From NCBI GenBank assembly GCA_963737815.1, contig CAVTUB010000006.1, forward strand, positions 25,824 through 89,823: DNA of 64,000 nucleotides, read 5' to 3'. Below are positions 11,757-22,715 of the stretch, piece after piece (position 1 is the first letter of the stretch; each line of letters starts with the position of its first letter). Both the position numbers and the translations under genes were made by a program. The notes beneath the pieces are model-generated. The model was not told the DNA's origin, made no database searches, and saw only the letters and a program-made list of their open reading frames with translations. This DNA is from an uncultured Nitrososphaerales archaeon. Its GTDB lineage: Archaea > Thermoproteota > Nitrososphaeria > Nitrososphaerales > Nitrososphaeraceae.

Positions 11757-11844
11757 GCGGGAGTCGCCCAGCTTGGCCAAAGGCGTAAGACTGAGGCTCT
11801 TATCCCTTAGGGGTTCGTGGGTTCAAATCCCATCTCCCGCACCA
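11757..11844 (+). tRNA. tRNA-Leu(GAG), CCA encoded
   Basis: GCGGGAG/CTCCCGC acceptor stem, TAAGA-CTGAGGC-TCTTA anticodon arm, long variable arm, GTTCAAATC T-loop. Confidence 0.95.
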
Positions 11845-11989
11845 TTCCTATCCTTAAGGATACCAATTCTAATAGACTTTTCAAAATTCGGTAAGGGCAA
11901 GGCATAGTCAAAAGAAACTGTATGTGTATCTGTCAATGTGTTAGTCTGTTTACTCTAGCGACTTTAATATTGGGCAATTATCCTAGATC

Positions 11990-12415
11990 ATGCTCTTGGA
12001 ACCTAACATCAAACAGCTAGAAAAAGAACAGAAATTATACACTCTGCTAAAGGCTCAATATCATGCAGAACGCGAAGAGCTCTTGCGCTACATAGATCTA
12101 CTCGGTAACGTCCAAAATTCCATAATAAGAAGCTACTTTCGTTCCCTCCTTAGCGATGGACTCAAACACGTTGAATATATTTCACAGATGATGTCTGATA
12201 TCGAAGGCGCAAGTCAAAGTTCAGGTTTAACAACTGAGGGTATCAAAAAATCTATATCTGAAGAAAAGGAATCAAGAGAACTCCTTCACGAATGTCTTGA
12301 AATGACTGATCAGCCTGAAACAAAATCTATCATAACGAGCATAATTGTAGACGAGGATCACCATATCAAAATCCTTGAGCATATGGACCAAATGGTTCAG
12401 TCTTATTCAAAATAG
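11990..12415 (+). CDS. Ferritin/rubrerythrin-like four-helix protein
   Basis: Two helical halves with E...DGLKH and EE...DEDHH motifs. Confidence 0.7.
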   Translation: MLLEPNIKQLEKEQKLYTLLKAQYHAEREELLRYIDLLGNVQNSIIRSYFRSLLSDGLKHVEYISQMMSDIEGASQSSGLTTEGIKKSISEEKESRELLHECLEMTDQPETKSIITSIIVDEDHHIKILEHMDQMVQSYSK

Positions 12416-12583
12416 GATGAACGGCCACAAACAGCTAGGTAAAATTGGTCTCAGAATTAATTAGGAATAAATATAGTAGCAATATAGTCCACTAGTATAA
12501 CTAAAATAGGCACCTTAGTCAAAGCATCGCTACTGGGTTTGACTCATATTAGGATTAATTTAATATCAATGAGAGCATAATTT

Positions 12584-13132
12584 ATGCCCGGCGTCATTTT
12601 ACGTGCTATTGTTCAAAAATTGGCAGCCGGAACTCTCCAATGCCATCGTTTGATATCAAGCGATGGTATTACAACAAGGAATTTCACAATCGACAAGTTG
12701 CAAGGAATTTTTGGAGGTGCGTCGATTGATGCAGACCTGAGCAAGCGGAATATTCCCTGTCTTGGTAACACAATTGGTATTGCAAGAAATTTAGATGAAT
12801 ATCAACTAAAGATATGCTTTAACATCTCTTCCTTCTCGGACGCAGATCCTGTTAAACTGCACCTACAGAAATTCAGAATAGGAATAATTGCGTCCTTTGC
12901 AGTTTTAACTCTGAAGCTAATGTCACCCGACCCTGATAATGGACTACGTAATTGGAATTTTTTTGCTACAAGACTTCTGCGCAAAGCATCCGAATTTGTC
13001 AGCGATTTAGATACAAACATAAAATCAACCAGCGGCGCCCACGACAGCTATTTAGAAGAAACGTTCAAATTTTTCGAAGTCCCTTTAGCAGATATCCAAA
13101 TAGCAATGGCAAACATATATTATCAATCTTGA
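12584..13132 (+). CDS. Hypothetical protein, 182 aa
   Basis: Long ORF with upstream TTTAATAT TATA-like element; no motif recognised. Confidence 0.6.
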   Translation: MPGVILRAIVQKLAAGTLQCHRLISSDGITTRNFTIDKLQGIFGGASIDADLSKRNIPCLGNTIGIARNLDEYQLKICFNISSFSDADPVKLHLQKFRIGIIASFAVLTLKLMSPDPDNGLRNWNFFATRLLRKASEFVSDLDTNIKSTSGAHDSYLEETFKFFEVPLADIQIAMANIYYQS

Positions 13133-13208
13133 CTGGAGATCGCTTTAGTAATCATCTTTCGCTATTAAGATGGTAAGGCGCCCATCTCCACAATATCCTT
13201 AGACAAAT

Positions 13209-13676
13209 TCATTGAAAGGCTTGCATTACTTCCTGACTATGCCCTAAAGGCTTTACCTTTTTAAAAACTCTAATTACCATTCCTTGTCGATCGACTAAGA
13301 AGGTTGTTCTGTTTATCCCCATGTACTCCTTGCCCATAAAGTGTTTAGGACCGTAGACTGCATACTTTTTTGATATAATAAATTCTGTGTCTGGAACAAG
13401 AAAATAAGGAATATTCATTTTTTCTTTAAATCGCAGATGTGACTCCTTGTCATCTGGACTAATCCCTATGATGTCGATATTTTCTGCCTTGAACATTCCA
13501 AAATCGCCGGCGAATTCTGCTGCTTCTGTTGTACAGCCAGGAGTAAAATCCTTGGGATAGAAATAGATTACAACCCTTCGGCCACGAAGGTCAGACAGTT
13601 TAATCATATTGCCATGACAATCAGTAAATGTAAAATCAGGAGCAAATACTCCCTCACGGATTGTTGAATCATTCAA
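13209..13676 (-). CDS. bcp: Peroxiredoxin, BCP/PrxQ family
   Basis: YFYPKDFTPGCTTEA, GISPD, RTTFLVD. Confidence 0.93.
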   Translation of the reverse strand: MNDSTIREGVFAPDFTFTDCHGNMIKLSDLRGRRVVIYFYPKDFTPGCTTEAAEFAGDFGMFKAENIDIIGISPDDKESHLRFKEKMNIPYFLVPDTEFIISKKYAVYGPKHFMGKEYMGINRTTFLVDRQGMVIRVFKKVKPLGHSQEVMQAFQ

Positions 13677-13959
13677 AATTGTTCTCAGCCCTTACTCGAG
13701 TAGGATCTCTACAAAAAGGTTACCAATCAAATAAATCCAAGAATGAGTTCAGTCAAAAAACGACTCTGGAACACAGAAACAACTTCCATATTCTTCGAAG
13801 GGGATTATAAAAATGCTACAAGAGAATTAAAGGCGCTACCATAAAGGAAGGTGAAAATCTATCATAAAATTCGAAATTCAATAATACTAATTCCTCAGCC
13901 TCCAGTTGCTCATTTATCTATGAAACAAACAGGAACATATAGGTGTACATAAATACACT

Positions 13960-15180
13960 ATGGGTGAAATTTCATTATTGCTGAAATACGACATAGCTGT
14001 AGTTGGTGGAGGGCCAGCAGGGTTATCGTCTGCATATACTGCAGCTCGAGCAGGGGGTAAAGTAATATTATTTGAAAAAGATGACTCAATAGCGCATAAT
14101 ATAAGGACAAGTGGCGTATCCTGGATAAAGGAAATGGAGGAGTTGAGAATTCCAAGAGGATTGTATAACCCTATAAAAAATTTTACTTTCATATCTCCGT
14201 CCAATGAAGTCACCATCAAAGGAAAGGATTTCACATCATGTGTTCTCGATGTCAGAGGTGTTTATCAGTATTTAGCTACACTCGCTGCTGAAGCAGGGAC
14301 AAAAATAATGGTGAGAAGCCGCGTATCCGGTATCTTTTCCAATTCAGTAAATAAAATTGATAGAGTTAGAGTAAGGACGCCACTTGGTAACATGGAGATA
14401 GATATCAAACTTGTAATCGATGCTAGCGGCTTTGGCAACTTTATTGGAAGGGAACTTGGGATAACAAAGCCCTGGAAAAGGTATGGGATAGGAGCAGAGT
14501 ATGAATGCTATTGCGATAATGTGGATAGGGAAACATGGTTTTTAATGGTGGGAAAACAATACTCTGACGCAGGTTATGCTTGGGCCTTCCCGGTATCAAA
14601 TAATAGAATTAGAATTGGAGTAGGAATAGGTAGGCCAGAATCTAGTGCTGACCCGTTACAAAAATTGAATTGGATTCTAGAGAAAAAATTAAAACCTCTA
14701 GACAGTCTTAAAAATATCCAACCAATAGAGCTTCATGTTGGTCTAATACCAAATGAGGGTTCAAGACCAAGTACCGTTGCTGACGGATTGATAATGGTAG
14801 GTGACTCTGCTGGTCAGTCCAACCCATTGGTCTTGGAAGGGATTAGACATGCTATAGAGTTCGGAAGGTTGGCCGGCAGAGTAGGAGCCCAATCCCTTTC
14901 TAAGGGGTCGGTCAAAGACTCATTGTACGAGTATGAAAGAACCTGGAAAGCTAAAATCCAATCCAAGATTAATTCAGCGATGAAAATTCAATCTAGGTGG
15001 ATGAAGATGTCCGATGACCAATGGGATCAAGAGATAGAAATACTCAGGAATATGTCTACAGAAGAATTTCTGGATTTCATTAGGGCAGAATTCACTACAT
15101 CAAAGATTCTGAAGCTTGCATTGAACCATCCTGGATATGCAGCACGTCAGCTGTTCAATTCAGTCCTACATAGAAATTAA
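13960..15180 (+). CDS. Geranylgeranyl reductase family FAD oxidoreductase
   Basis: VVGGGPAG, DASG, GYAWAFP, VGDSAG..NP...EGI. Confidence 0.88.
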   Translation: MGEISLLLKYDIAVVGGGPAGLSSAYTAARAGGKVILFEKDDSIAHNIRTSGVSWIKEMEELRIPRGLYNPIKNFTFISPSNEVTIKGKDFTSCVLDVRGVYQYLATLAAEAGTKIMVRSRVSGIFSNSVNKIDRVRVRTPLGNMEIDIKLVIDASGFGNFIGRELGITKPWKRYGIGAEYECYCDNVDRETWFLMVGKQYSDAGYAWAFPVSNNRIRIGVGIGRPESSADPLQKLNWILEKKLKPLDSLKNIQPIELHVGLIPNEGSRPSTVADGLIMVGDSAGQSNPLVLEGIRHAIEFGRLAGRVGAQSLSKGSVKDSLYEYERTWKAKIQSKINSAMKIQSRWMKMSDDQWDQEIEILRNMSTEEFLDFIRAEFTTSKILKLALNHPGYAARQLFNSVLHRN

Positions 15181-15221
15181 AGCAAATTTTTATATTATCT
15201 TCTCGGAAGGAATTTGTACCA

Positions 15222-15596
15222 TTGGCTGAAGAAACGGTCATTGAATTTGTTCCGATTTTATATATGCTTGGTTTTGGTTTAGTGGCTGCGATCCCAGCAC
15301 TTATCATTTCTAGATTGCTCTCTCCAAGACGTAGGCTTAATCCAATAAAGTTCCTTCCTATGGAATGTGGTCAAATGCCAAGTGGTGAGGGTAGATCTCA
15401 TTTTATGATGCAATATTATGCTTATATTCTCATGTTTGTAGTTTTCGATGTCATGGCAATTTTTCTTTATGCTTGGGGGGCCTCACTTTTTTCTCTTCCA
15501 CGCGCCGCAACGCTTCCTATGATGGCATTTCTAGGAATCATGTTTGCTGCTATGGGTTATGCTTTGTACTTGGCGGGCAAGAAAGGAATTTGGTAG
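15222..15596 (+). CDS. nuoA: NADH-quinone oxidoreductase subunit A
   Basis: PMECGQ, MFVVFDV, 3 TM helices. Confidence 0.92.
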   Translation: MAEETVIEFVPILYMLGFGLVAAIPALIISRLLSPRRRLNPIKFLPMECGQMPSGEGRSHFMMQYYAYILMFVVFDVMAIFLYAWGASLFSLPRAATLPMMAFLGIMFAAMGYALYLAGKKGIW

Positions 15597-15685
15597 AAGT
15601 TATTGCATGTCATATTATTTTAACAAGCATTAAATATCTAGGATGCAAACATGAAAAGTGAAGAAGGGGAGAAACAAAGGGAAGA

Positions 15686-16202
15686 ATGTTCAAAGATTTA
15701 CTAAATCCTACTAATATTAATGTCATGGTAAGCAAACTCAGTGACGTTTTAGTAAAAGCTCTGGATAAGCCTTTGGGCTATGCCATAAATTGGGGGCGAA
15801 TCTGGTCCCTATGGCCAGTGCATCTTGAAACTGCATGCTGGCAGCGTCGAATTTGGGGCTGCTTCGGGTCCTAAATATGATGTTGAAAGATTTGGTATAA
15901 TAGAAGCATTTGGCTCTTTAAGACAATGTGATCTAATAGTAGTACAGGGAACAGTGACTAGGAAAATGGCTCCCCGGTTAAGGATGGTGTACGACCAGAT
16001 GCCTGAACCTAAGTACGTGATAGCTATGGGTGCTTGCGCTATAACAGGAGGCTTGTACATTGATTCATATAATGTTCTACCCGGGATTGACGGAATTGTG
16101 CCGGTAGATGTATACGTACCAGGATGCCCACCAAGGCCTGAAACGTTGATTCAGGGTACGATGTTGTTACAAGAGAAAATCAAAAGGAATAAAATTAAGT
16201 AA
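15686..16202 (+). CDS. nuoB: NADH-quinone oxidoreductase subunit B, frameshifted at ~15840
   Basis: Removing one G restores TACCSVEF; [19 protein letters not shown]. Confidence 0.93.
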
Positions 16203-16203
16203 T

Positions 16204-16837
16204 ATGAGCAAAGGATCAGATCCTGCCTCAAGTACCTCACAAGAGTCTCTGCCTCATTCAAGTAATATTGATCAAGCACAGCCTCCTGCAAAAGTTCCTT
16301 CTGTCTCAAGTTCCGTTACTAAGCCAGCCGCTTCCACCAATGTTGCGACCAAAAAAGAAGCTGAACCTCCAGCATTTGAAAAAGGAATCATTGAGAGCTT
16401 AGTTAATGAGTTTGGAAATAAAATAAATGTCATCTACATTAGACCGCTAAGAATGAAAATTGTAGTCGATTCGACAGACATTGTCTCAGTTGCCATATTC
16501 CTTCGTGACAATTTGGGGTTCGACCATGCGGAATCTGTTGCGGGGACTGATTATCCAAAAGATAACCAGATTGAAGTGATCTACCACTTGGGATCGTACG
16601 GGAAACAAGAGTTAGAAGCCCACATAATGGCTCTCACCACTAGAACTTCTAGGGACGATGCTCGACTTACCCAGTTTGATAGACATATTTAGAAGCGTGG
16701 AATACCATGAGCGGGAGACTTATGAAATGCTAGGCGTATACTTTGAAGGACATCCTAGAAACGATAGATTTCTATTACCTGAGGACTGGGCTGATATCCC
16801 CCCATTAAGAAGGGAATTTAGAATTAAAGGAAGGTAA
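16204..16837 (+). CDS. nuoC: NADH-quinone oxidoreductase subunit C, frameshifted at ~16668
   Basis: AGTDYP; alternate frame continues PSLIDIFRSVEYHERETYEMLGVYFEGHP...PPLRREF to TAA 16837. Confidence 0.9.
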
Positions 16838-16870
16838 AAACAACAACACTTAAAATACTTCATTTAGTAG

Positions 16871-18052
16871 GTGAATCGAAGATTGGCAGAGCGTCATGAA
16901 AGCAAAATAGATGAAACCGTAAACATGGGCATGCAAGTAGTAAAGGAGTATTTGCCAGATGACGATCGGCTCATGACACTGAGCGTTGGGCCCCAACATC
17001 CAGGTTCGGGGCATTTTCGATTTACAATTAAGGTTGACGGAGACTATATCGTTTATTGTGACCCAGACCCGGGGTACGTCCATAGAGGGGAAGAAAAAAT
17101 GTGTGAATACAGAAACTTTATCCAAAATATACCACATTTAGAGCGACCTGTCATACATGATTCTTCCAATATTACATACTCTTACAGTTTAGCAGTCGAG
17201 GAACTAGTGGGGATTCAAGTACCTCGACGAGGCCAATTTATCAGAGCACTAGCATCAGAACTCGACCGTCAGGTCTATACTTTATACTGGCTTGCAATTT
17301 ATGGAATCTTTTTGGGGCATTCTACGATGTTCATGTGGCCTACCGGAGATAGAGAACTATTTATTGACTTATTAGACTCACTTACTGGCGCTAGAGTAAC
17401 ACATGCTTTTAACATACCGGGAGGAGTAAGAAATGATATCCCTGAAGGCTTTAAAGAAAAAGCCTTGAGACATATTGCATACTATGAAAAGCGGCTAAAA
17501 GAATATGAAGATATATTTTACAATAATCCTTTATTTCGTCAAAGGACAGAAGGAGTTGGTATCCTGACAAAAGAAGATGCAGTAAGATTAGGGGTGACGG
17601 GCTCTGTTCTGAGAGCTTCTGGTGTTTCGTATGATATCAGGAAAGCTGAACCATACGACATTTACAACGAAATCGACTTTAATGTTCAATACATGAGAAC
17701 TTGCGATTGCTTCGCAAGAGCCTATGTTCCTTTTTTAGATATGAGGGAATCATGTCATATCATGAGACAGTTACTTGATAAGATGCCTGATACTGGAGAA
17801 GTACGGGCCAAATTACAGCCTAATCCAAAGGGCCCTGCAGGCGAGGCATACAGGAGGGTTGAATCAGGGAGGGGCGCACTAGGATACTATATAGTAAGTG
17901 ATGGAACTCCGAGGCCTTATCGAGTAAAAATATCAGTGGGTTCCTTTAGAAACATGTTGGCGCTACCACATCTGCTAGTAGGAGCAAAATTAGCTGATAT
18001 GCCAGCCATATATTGGGCATTGAATTATTGGCCGGTGGAGGCTGATAGATAA
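16871..18052 (+). CDS. nuoD: NADH-quinone oxidoreductase subunit D
   Basis: GPQHP, GYVHRGEEK, ESGRG, C-terminal EADR. Confidence 0.95.
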   Translation: MNRRLAERHESKIDETVNMGMQVVKEYLPDDDRLMTLSVGPQHPGSGHFRFTIKVDGDYIVYCDPDPGYVHRGEEKMCEYRNFIQNIPHLERPVIHDSSNITYSYSLAVEELVGIQVPRRGQFIRALASELDRQVYTLYWLAIYGIFLGHSTMFMWPTGDRELFIDLLDSLTGARVTHAFNIPGGVRNDIPEGFKEKALRHIAYYEKRLKEYEDIFYNNPLFRQRTEGVGILTKEDAVRLGVTGSVLRASGVSYDIRKAEPYDIYNEIDFNVQYMRTCDCFARAYVPFLDMRESCHIMRQLLDKMPDTGEVRAKLQPNPKGPAGEAYRRVESGRGALGYYIVSDGTPRPYRVKISVGSFRNMLALPHLLVGAKLADMPAIYWALNYWPVEADR

Positions 18053-18056
18053 CAAC

Positions 18057-19352
18057 TTGGCATCATATCCGCAGGAATTCCGCTTTGGGAATTTCATAGC
18101 AAGTATCATTTGGCTCGTTTTCTGGATATTGATTATTGTTACCCTTGTTGTGCTCCCACTCATCTTCGTGATCCTTTTTTATGTTCCACTTCCTCTGGCT
18201 GATGGCGAAGTACTTACTCCGTATCTATTTTTGTCTATGGTTGTAGATCCTACTCGTACCCTTCCCATTCTTCAGTTCTTCATGCAAACTGATCTTTTTA
18301 GAGTTGCAGTCTTTCCTGGCTTTACATATGCAGCGCTGATTGCTGCCGTAACAATATTTGTCGAGCGAAAATTCCTGGCAAAAATGCAGCTGAGAGTAGG
18401 GCCTTTGTATGCCGGTAAAATAGAAGGAATTTTGCAGTTGCTGGCGGACGGTTTAAAATTAATGTCAAAGGAAATAATCGTACCTTCAGGAGCAGACAAG
18501 CCCATCTTTTGGGCAGCGCCCATAGCCTTTGTTGCAACTGCAGCGGCTGTCACGGCTCTTATTCCTGCGGCTCCAGGTTGGGTGGTGGCTGACTTAGATG
18601 TAGGTATTATAGCTGTTTTTGCTATTTTTGGATTTTTCCCTCTTATAGCGCTATTATTTTCATGGGCAAGCAATAGCAAATATCCATTCATTGGAGGGTT
18701 ACGGGCCTTACATCAGATGATCGCTTTTGAGATCCCCTTTATTCTTTCAGCTTTATCAGTTGTGCTTTTAGCTGGAACACTTAACTTGACAAACATAGCA
18801 GAAGCACAACAACCGTATTGGTTTATATTGTTTCTTCCCATAAGTGCATTCGTATTCTATATCTCCTCTCTCGCAGAGGTAGAGAGAGTCCCTTTCGATT
18901 TACCAGAAGCAGAATCGGAAATCGTAGCAGGCTGGCTTACTGAAACCTCTGGAATGATATATGGGTTAATTCAGCTTGGGACGTATGTCAAGTTGTATGC
19001 TCTTTGCGCACTTTTTGTTGTCCTATTCCTCGGTGGCTGGGCGGGTCCACAAATATTTCCAGAACACTTAGGGCCTCCAGGGGAAAAGACCCCTCTAATG
19101 CAGCTTTTGACACTAGAAGGTATTTATAATGCAGTTATTGCCAATGCTATATTCTGGTTTACGTTGAAAACCTTCGGAATCATAATGTTGATGCTTTTAC
19201 CAAGAGGCATCAATCCTCGAATTCGAATAGATATACTTCTGCATACGGGATGGTATAAACTGATAGTTTTGTCTTTCATAAACATATTCATAGCATTAGC
19301 ATTGGTTTATGGTGGTGTATTAGGCCCAGAAGGGATCTTGACAACGCGATGA
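18057..19352 (+). CDS. nuoH: NADH-quinone oxidoreductase subunit H
   Basis: ERKFLAKMQLRVGP, ADGLKLMSKE, RVPFDLPEAESE. Confidence 0.95.
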   Translation: MASYPQEFRFGNFIASIIWLVFWILIIVTLVVLPLIFVILFYVPLPLADGEVLTPYLFLSMVVDPTRTLPILQFFMQTDLFRVAVFPGFTYAALIAAVTIFVERKFLAKMQLRVGPLYAGKIEGILQLLADGLKLMSKEIIVPSGADKPIFWAAPIAFVATAAAVTALIPAAPGWVVADLDVGIIAVFAIFGFFPLIALLFSWASNSKYPFIGGLRALHQMIAFEIPFILSALSVVLLAGTLNLTNIAEAQQPYWFILFLPISAFVFYISSLAEVERVPFDLPEAESEIVAGWLTETSGMIYGLIQLGTYVKLYALCALFVVLFLGGWAGPQIFPEHLGPPGEKTPLMQLLTLEGIYNAVIANAIFWFTLKTFGIIMLMLLPRGINPRIRIDILLHTGWYKLIVLSFINIFIALALVYGGVLGPEGILTTR

Positions 19353-19927
19353 CACCATCTTTATTACCAGACACAAAAGACAAGACAGGCACTACCCCAC
19401 GTACCAACACTGTGGGTGCTACTCACAGCACTAGCTCTGCAGGTGGATTTATCAAAGCAATAGAATCAGGTTCAAAACATCTTATTATAAAGAGGTTTAC
19501 TTTGAGATATCCAGAACAGAAACTCAAGTTCACTGGTGATGGTTACCAATTTGACCCAAAGCGGGGAGTAGGCATTGCAGGGTATCGGGGAAGACATATT
19601 CTATTCCACGATAAATGTACTGGCTGTCAATTATGCGCGATTGCATGTGAAGGCATTGCAGAAGCAATAGGGATGGTAAAAGTCGATGAGCAGTGGAAAC
19701 ATAACAAGAAGGCTATTATGCCACAAATTGACTTTGGAAAATGTGTATTTTGTGGCTTATGTGTAGATGCATGCCCCTTTTATGCTCTATTTATGACAAA
19801 CGATTACGAGCTGTCATCCTTTACTAAAGAGCATTTGATCTATACTCCATCACAATTAGCAATCAAGCCGAAATATGATGGTGATGTAGAATTGAAAATT
19901 GATAAGATGGGTGCGACACATGGCTGA
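19349..19927 (+). CDS. nuoI: NADH-quinone oxidoreductase subunit I (2x[4Fe-4S])
   Basis: CTGCQLCAIAC and CVFCGLCVDACP. Confidence 0.95.
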   Translation: MTPSLLPDTKDKTGTTPRTNTVGATHSTSSAGGFIKAIESGSKHLIIKRFTLRYPEQKLKFTGDGYQFDPKRGVGIAGYRGRHILFHDKCTGCQLCAIACEGIAEAIGMVKVDEQWKHNKKAIMPQIDFGKCVFCGLCVDACPFYALFMTNDYELSSFTKEHLIYTPSQLAIKPKYDGDVELKIDKMGATHG

Positions 19928-20444
19928 TGCAGCATTTTATGGTATAGCCACATTAACTATAGGTTCAGCAATAGTTGCACTAGAGAGCCGTGAACTCATA
20001 TACGGAGCAATAGCCTTAGCGATCTCCATGCTTGGGATCGCAGGGTTTTTTCTCCTCCTAGACGCCCCTTTCGTTGCAATGTTTCAAATTACAGTATATG
20101 TCGGAGCAGTTGCCGTGCTAGTTATTTTTACCGTCATGCTTGTGAGAACTCAAGCATTATTTACGAGGAGAGAAGACAGAGGACGCAAGGCCGCTGGAAT
20201 TATATTGTTGCTGATTTTTATGGGAGGGATGGGCGGAATAGCTTTGTTTTCTGGATTTAATAGTCAGGGGTTTGGTAATGCCGATTCTTCTCCGGTTGAT
20301 TTTAGACTCATAGGAAAGGAAATGCTTACCTACTATTCGCCTGCCTTGGTGGTTATCGGTTTGACATTAGCCGGCTCTATTATCGGTGCACTCGCACTAG
20401 CACGTAGGGAGGACATTAGCCAGAAAGATGAACGAACTAATTGA
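19920..20444 (+). CDS. nuoJ: NADH-quinone oxidoreductase subunit J
   Basis: QITVYVGAVAVLVIF; start at ATG 19920 overlapping the nuoI end. Confidence 0.92.
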   Translation: MADAAFYGIATLTIGSAIVALESRELIYGAIALAISMLGIAGFFLLLDAPFVAMFQITVYVGAVAVLVIFTVMLVRTQALFTRREDRGRKAAGIILLLIFMGGMGGIALFSGFNSQGFGNADSSPVDFRLIGKEMLTYYSPALVVIGLTLAGSIIGALALARREDISQKDERTN

Positions 20445-20730
20445 GTACGTTCTAGTATCTCTGATACTTATTGCTGTGGGTGTCTATGGGATAGTTGTAA
20501 AACGGGATGCCATACGTATGATTTTTTCCATTGAAATTATAGCGAATGCCGCCAATCTTAATCTTATTGCTTTTTCGAGAAATATCAATAACGCTCAAGG
20601 TCAGGTATTCGCACTTTTTTCAATAGCAATTGCAACGGCCGAAGTTGCTGTTGGCTTAGGAATAATAATAATAGCATACAGATTGTATAAGGAAATAGAC
20701 GTCGAAGAGTTTAAGAGCATGAGAGGATAG
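20428..20730 (+). CDS. nuoK: NADH-quinone oxidoreductase subunit K
   Basis: SIEIIANAANLN, AEVAVGLG. Confidence 0.93.
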   Translation: MNELIEYVLVSLILIAVGVYGIVVKRDAIRMIFSIEIIANAANLNLIAFSRNINNAQGQVFALFSIAIATAEVAVGLGIIIIAYRLYKEIDVEEFKSMRG

Positions 20731-20738
20731 GACTCACG

Positions 20739-22674
20739 ATGACATTTCTTTTAGCGAGCACTATTTATACCACTCTTGCTATCTCCTCTGGCTTATATTC
20801 TGGGAAAAAAATTAGGATCTAATTTCGCGACGTGGTTTTCCTTTTTCATACTTGCAATTTCCACTATCTTACTTATCATTCCCGCAATGGGTTTACAGAC
20901 CGGCAAGTCCGCAGTTTACCAAGAAAGCTATCAGTGGAGTCAGTTTGGTAACTTTGGATTAAGGTTGGACGGTCTTAGCCTACCCTTTGCTCTTATAATT
21001 TACATCTTATGTACTGTTCTCGCTTTATACTCCAAACCTTATATGATACATAAAATTACAGAAACAGCTAATGAAATATTTGGTGCTGGTCCTAATAGCA
21101 GTAACGGTGCCAGAAAGAATCTCAGTAGACCAGGTGAACGAATTGGCAATTATGATGTCGACAACCGGGATAATACATCAGGCAAAGAAGGTTCATCGCC
21201 TAATTCATCGCCTAATTCATCGCAACTAACAGCATACGTTCCAACAGAAATTAAACAATACGTCAACACACAGATCGGTCTCTATTTTGCACTCTACCTA
21301 GCTTTCTCAATGGGTATGCTAGGTACCGTATTGGCTACTAATCTAATCGAATTTTATGTGTTTTTTGAGTTAATGCTAGTTCCATCCTTCTTCTTAATAG
21401 CGTTCTACGGATATGGTGCAAGAAGAAGAATCGCTCTGATGTTCTTTTTCTGGACGCATGTCGGTGCGGTGGTGTTACTACTGGGTCTCTTAGCAATGGG
21501 ATTCTTTGCAGGAGGTTTTGATTACGATACGGTTAAGTCAAACGTTTCGAAAATCCCCGCAGAATGGGTGACTATAATTATTTTTTCTTTGGTAATAGGA
21601 CTTGGCGTGAAATTAGCGGCGTTTCTTTTGCACATTTGGCTCCCTTATGCTCATGCAGAAGCCCCTACCCCTGTATCTGCTTTATTGTCCCCAGCGATGA
21701 TAGGAATAGGAGCCTATGGTTTGCTTCGCCTTTGGCTAGAACTAATGACTGGAAACTATACACAATATAGTCTTTACATTAACATCTGGGGTCTTGCCAC
21801 AATGATCTACGGTGGCGCGATGGCGCTGATGCAGGACGACATCAAAAAAGTACTTGCTTATTCCAGCATAAGCCAAATGGGTTATATTTTGTTCGGAATT
21901 GGCTCTGAAAGCATCCTGGGAATTTCAGGTGGAGCCCTTGTCTACGTAACGCATGGGCTCGGGAAGGCTATTCTTTTCATGATGGCTGGCTCAATTATCC
22001 TTCAAACTGGTACGAGGAGCATGTCAAGGTTGGGAGGGCTAGCAGGAAATATGCCGTATACAGCAGTTATTACAATGATAGGGGCATTGACGATTATCGG
22101 GATACCTCCAACCAGTGGATTTATGTCAGAGTGGATTTTGTTCGCAGGGGTATTACAGACAGCTGTTTACGAATCTGACCCGCTAAGAGTAGTATTGTTT
22201 GGGTTTGGTATTCTGACGACTGTGTTGACTTCAGCCTATATTCTTTGGATGTATAAGCGAATCTTTTTTGGAAAGATACCTGAAAGACTAGTTGGTGTTA
22301 AAGATTCAAATAGATATATTACTGGCACTATGGCTGTTCTAGCAGGATTGACGTTGATATTAGGTGTTTACCCTGACCCTATTTTGAACCCCCTAACAGG
22401 GTATATTGAATCAATCTTTCCCCCAAACTCCGGTGTACTGCAACTACCAACACATACCAAAGACACGCCAGGGGAGACACAACAGGAAAAACTTGGTTTG
22501 CAACAATCTAATTTGGTAGGTAGTCATGCTGGGCTTTTCGATGCAAACTCCAAATCTGACTCCCCCCTCACATTGCCTGAGGGAAAAATAAATGGAGAGA
22601 GCGACCTGAAAGAATCTTCACCGATGCAAGAACAAGCAATCCTCATATACAATCAAACAGGAGCATCGAAATAA
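20739..22674 (+). CDS. nuoM: NADH-quinone oxidoreductase subunit M; probable true start ATG 20739 with a one-base insertion at ~20756
   Basis: FYVFFELMLVP, HIWLPYAHAEAPTPVS, LAYSSISQMG; removing one base gives MTFLLAALFIPLLLSP. Confidence 0.9.
21192..21223 (+). repeat. In-frame 12-bp tandem repeat TTCATCGCCTAA x2.7 (SSPN-SSPN-SS) inside nuoM
   Basis: Read directly from sequence. Confidence 0.85.
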
Positions 22675-22715
22675 AAATTGCATTATGAGGCTATAGAGGG
22701 GGTTGGCTAAGTCAA

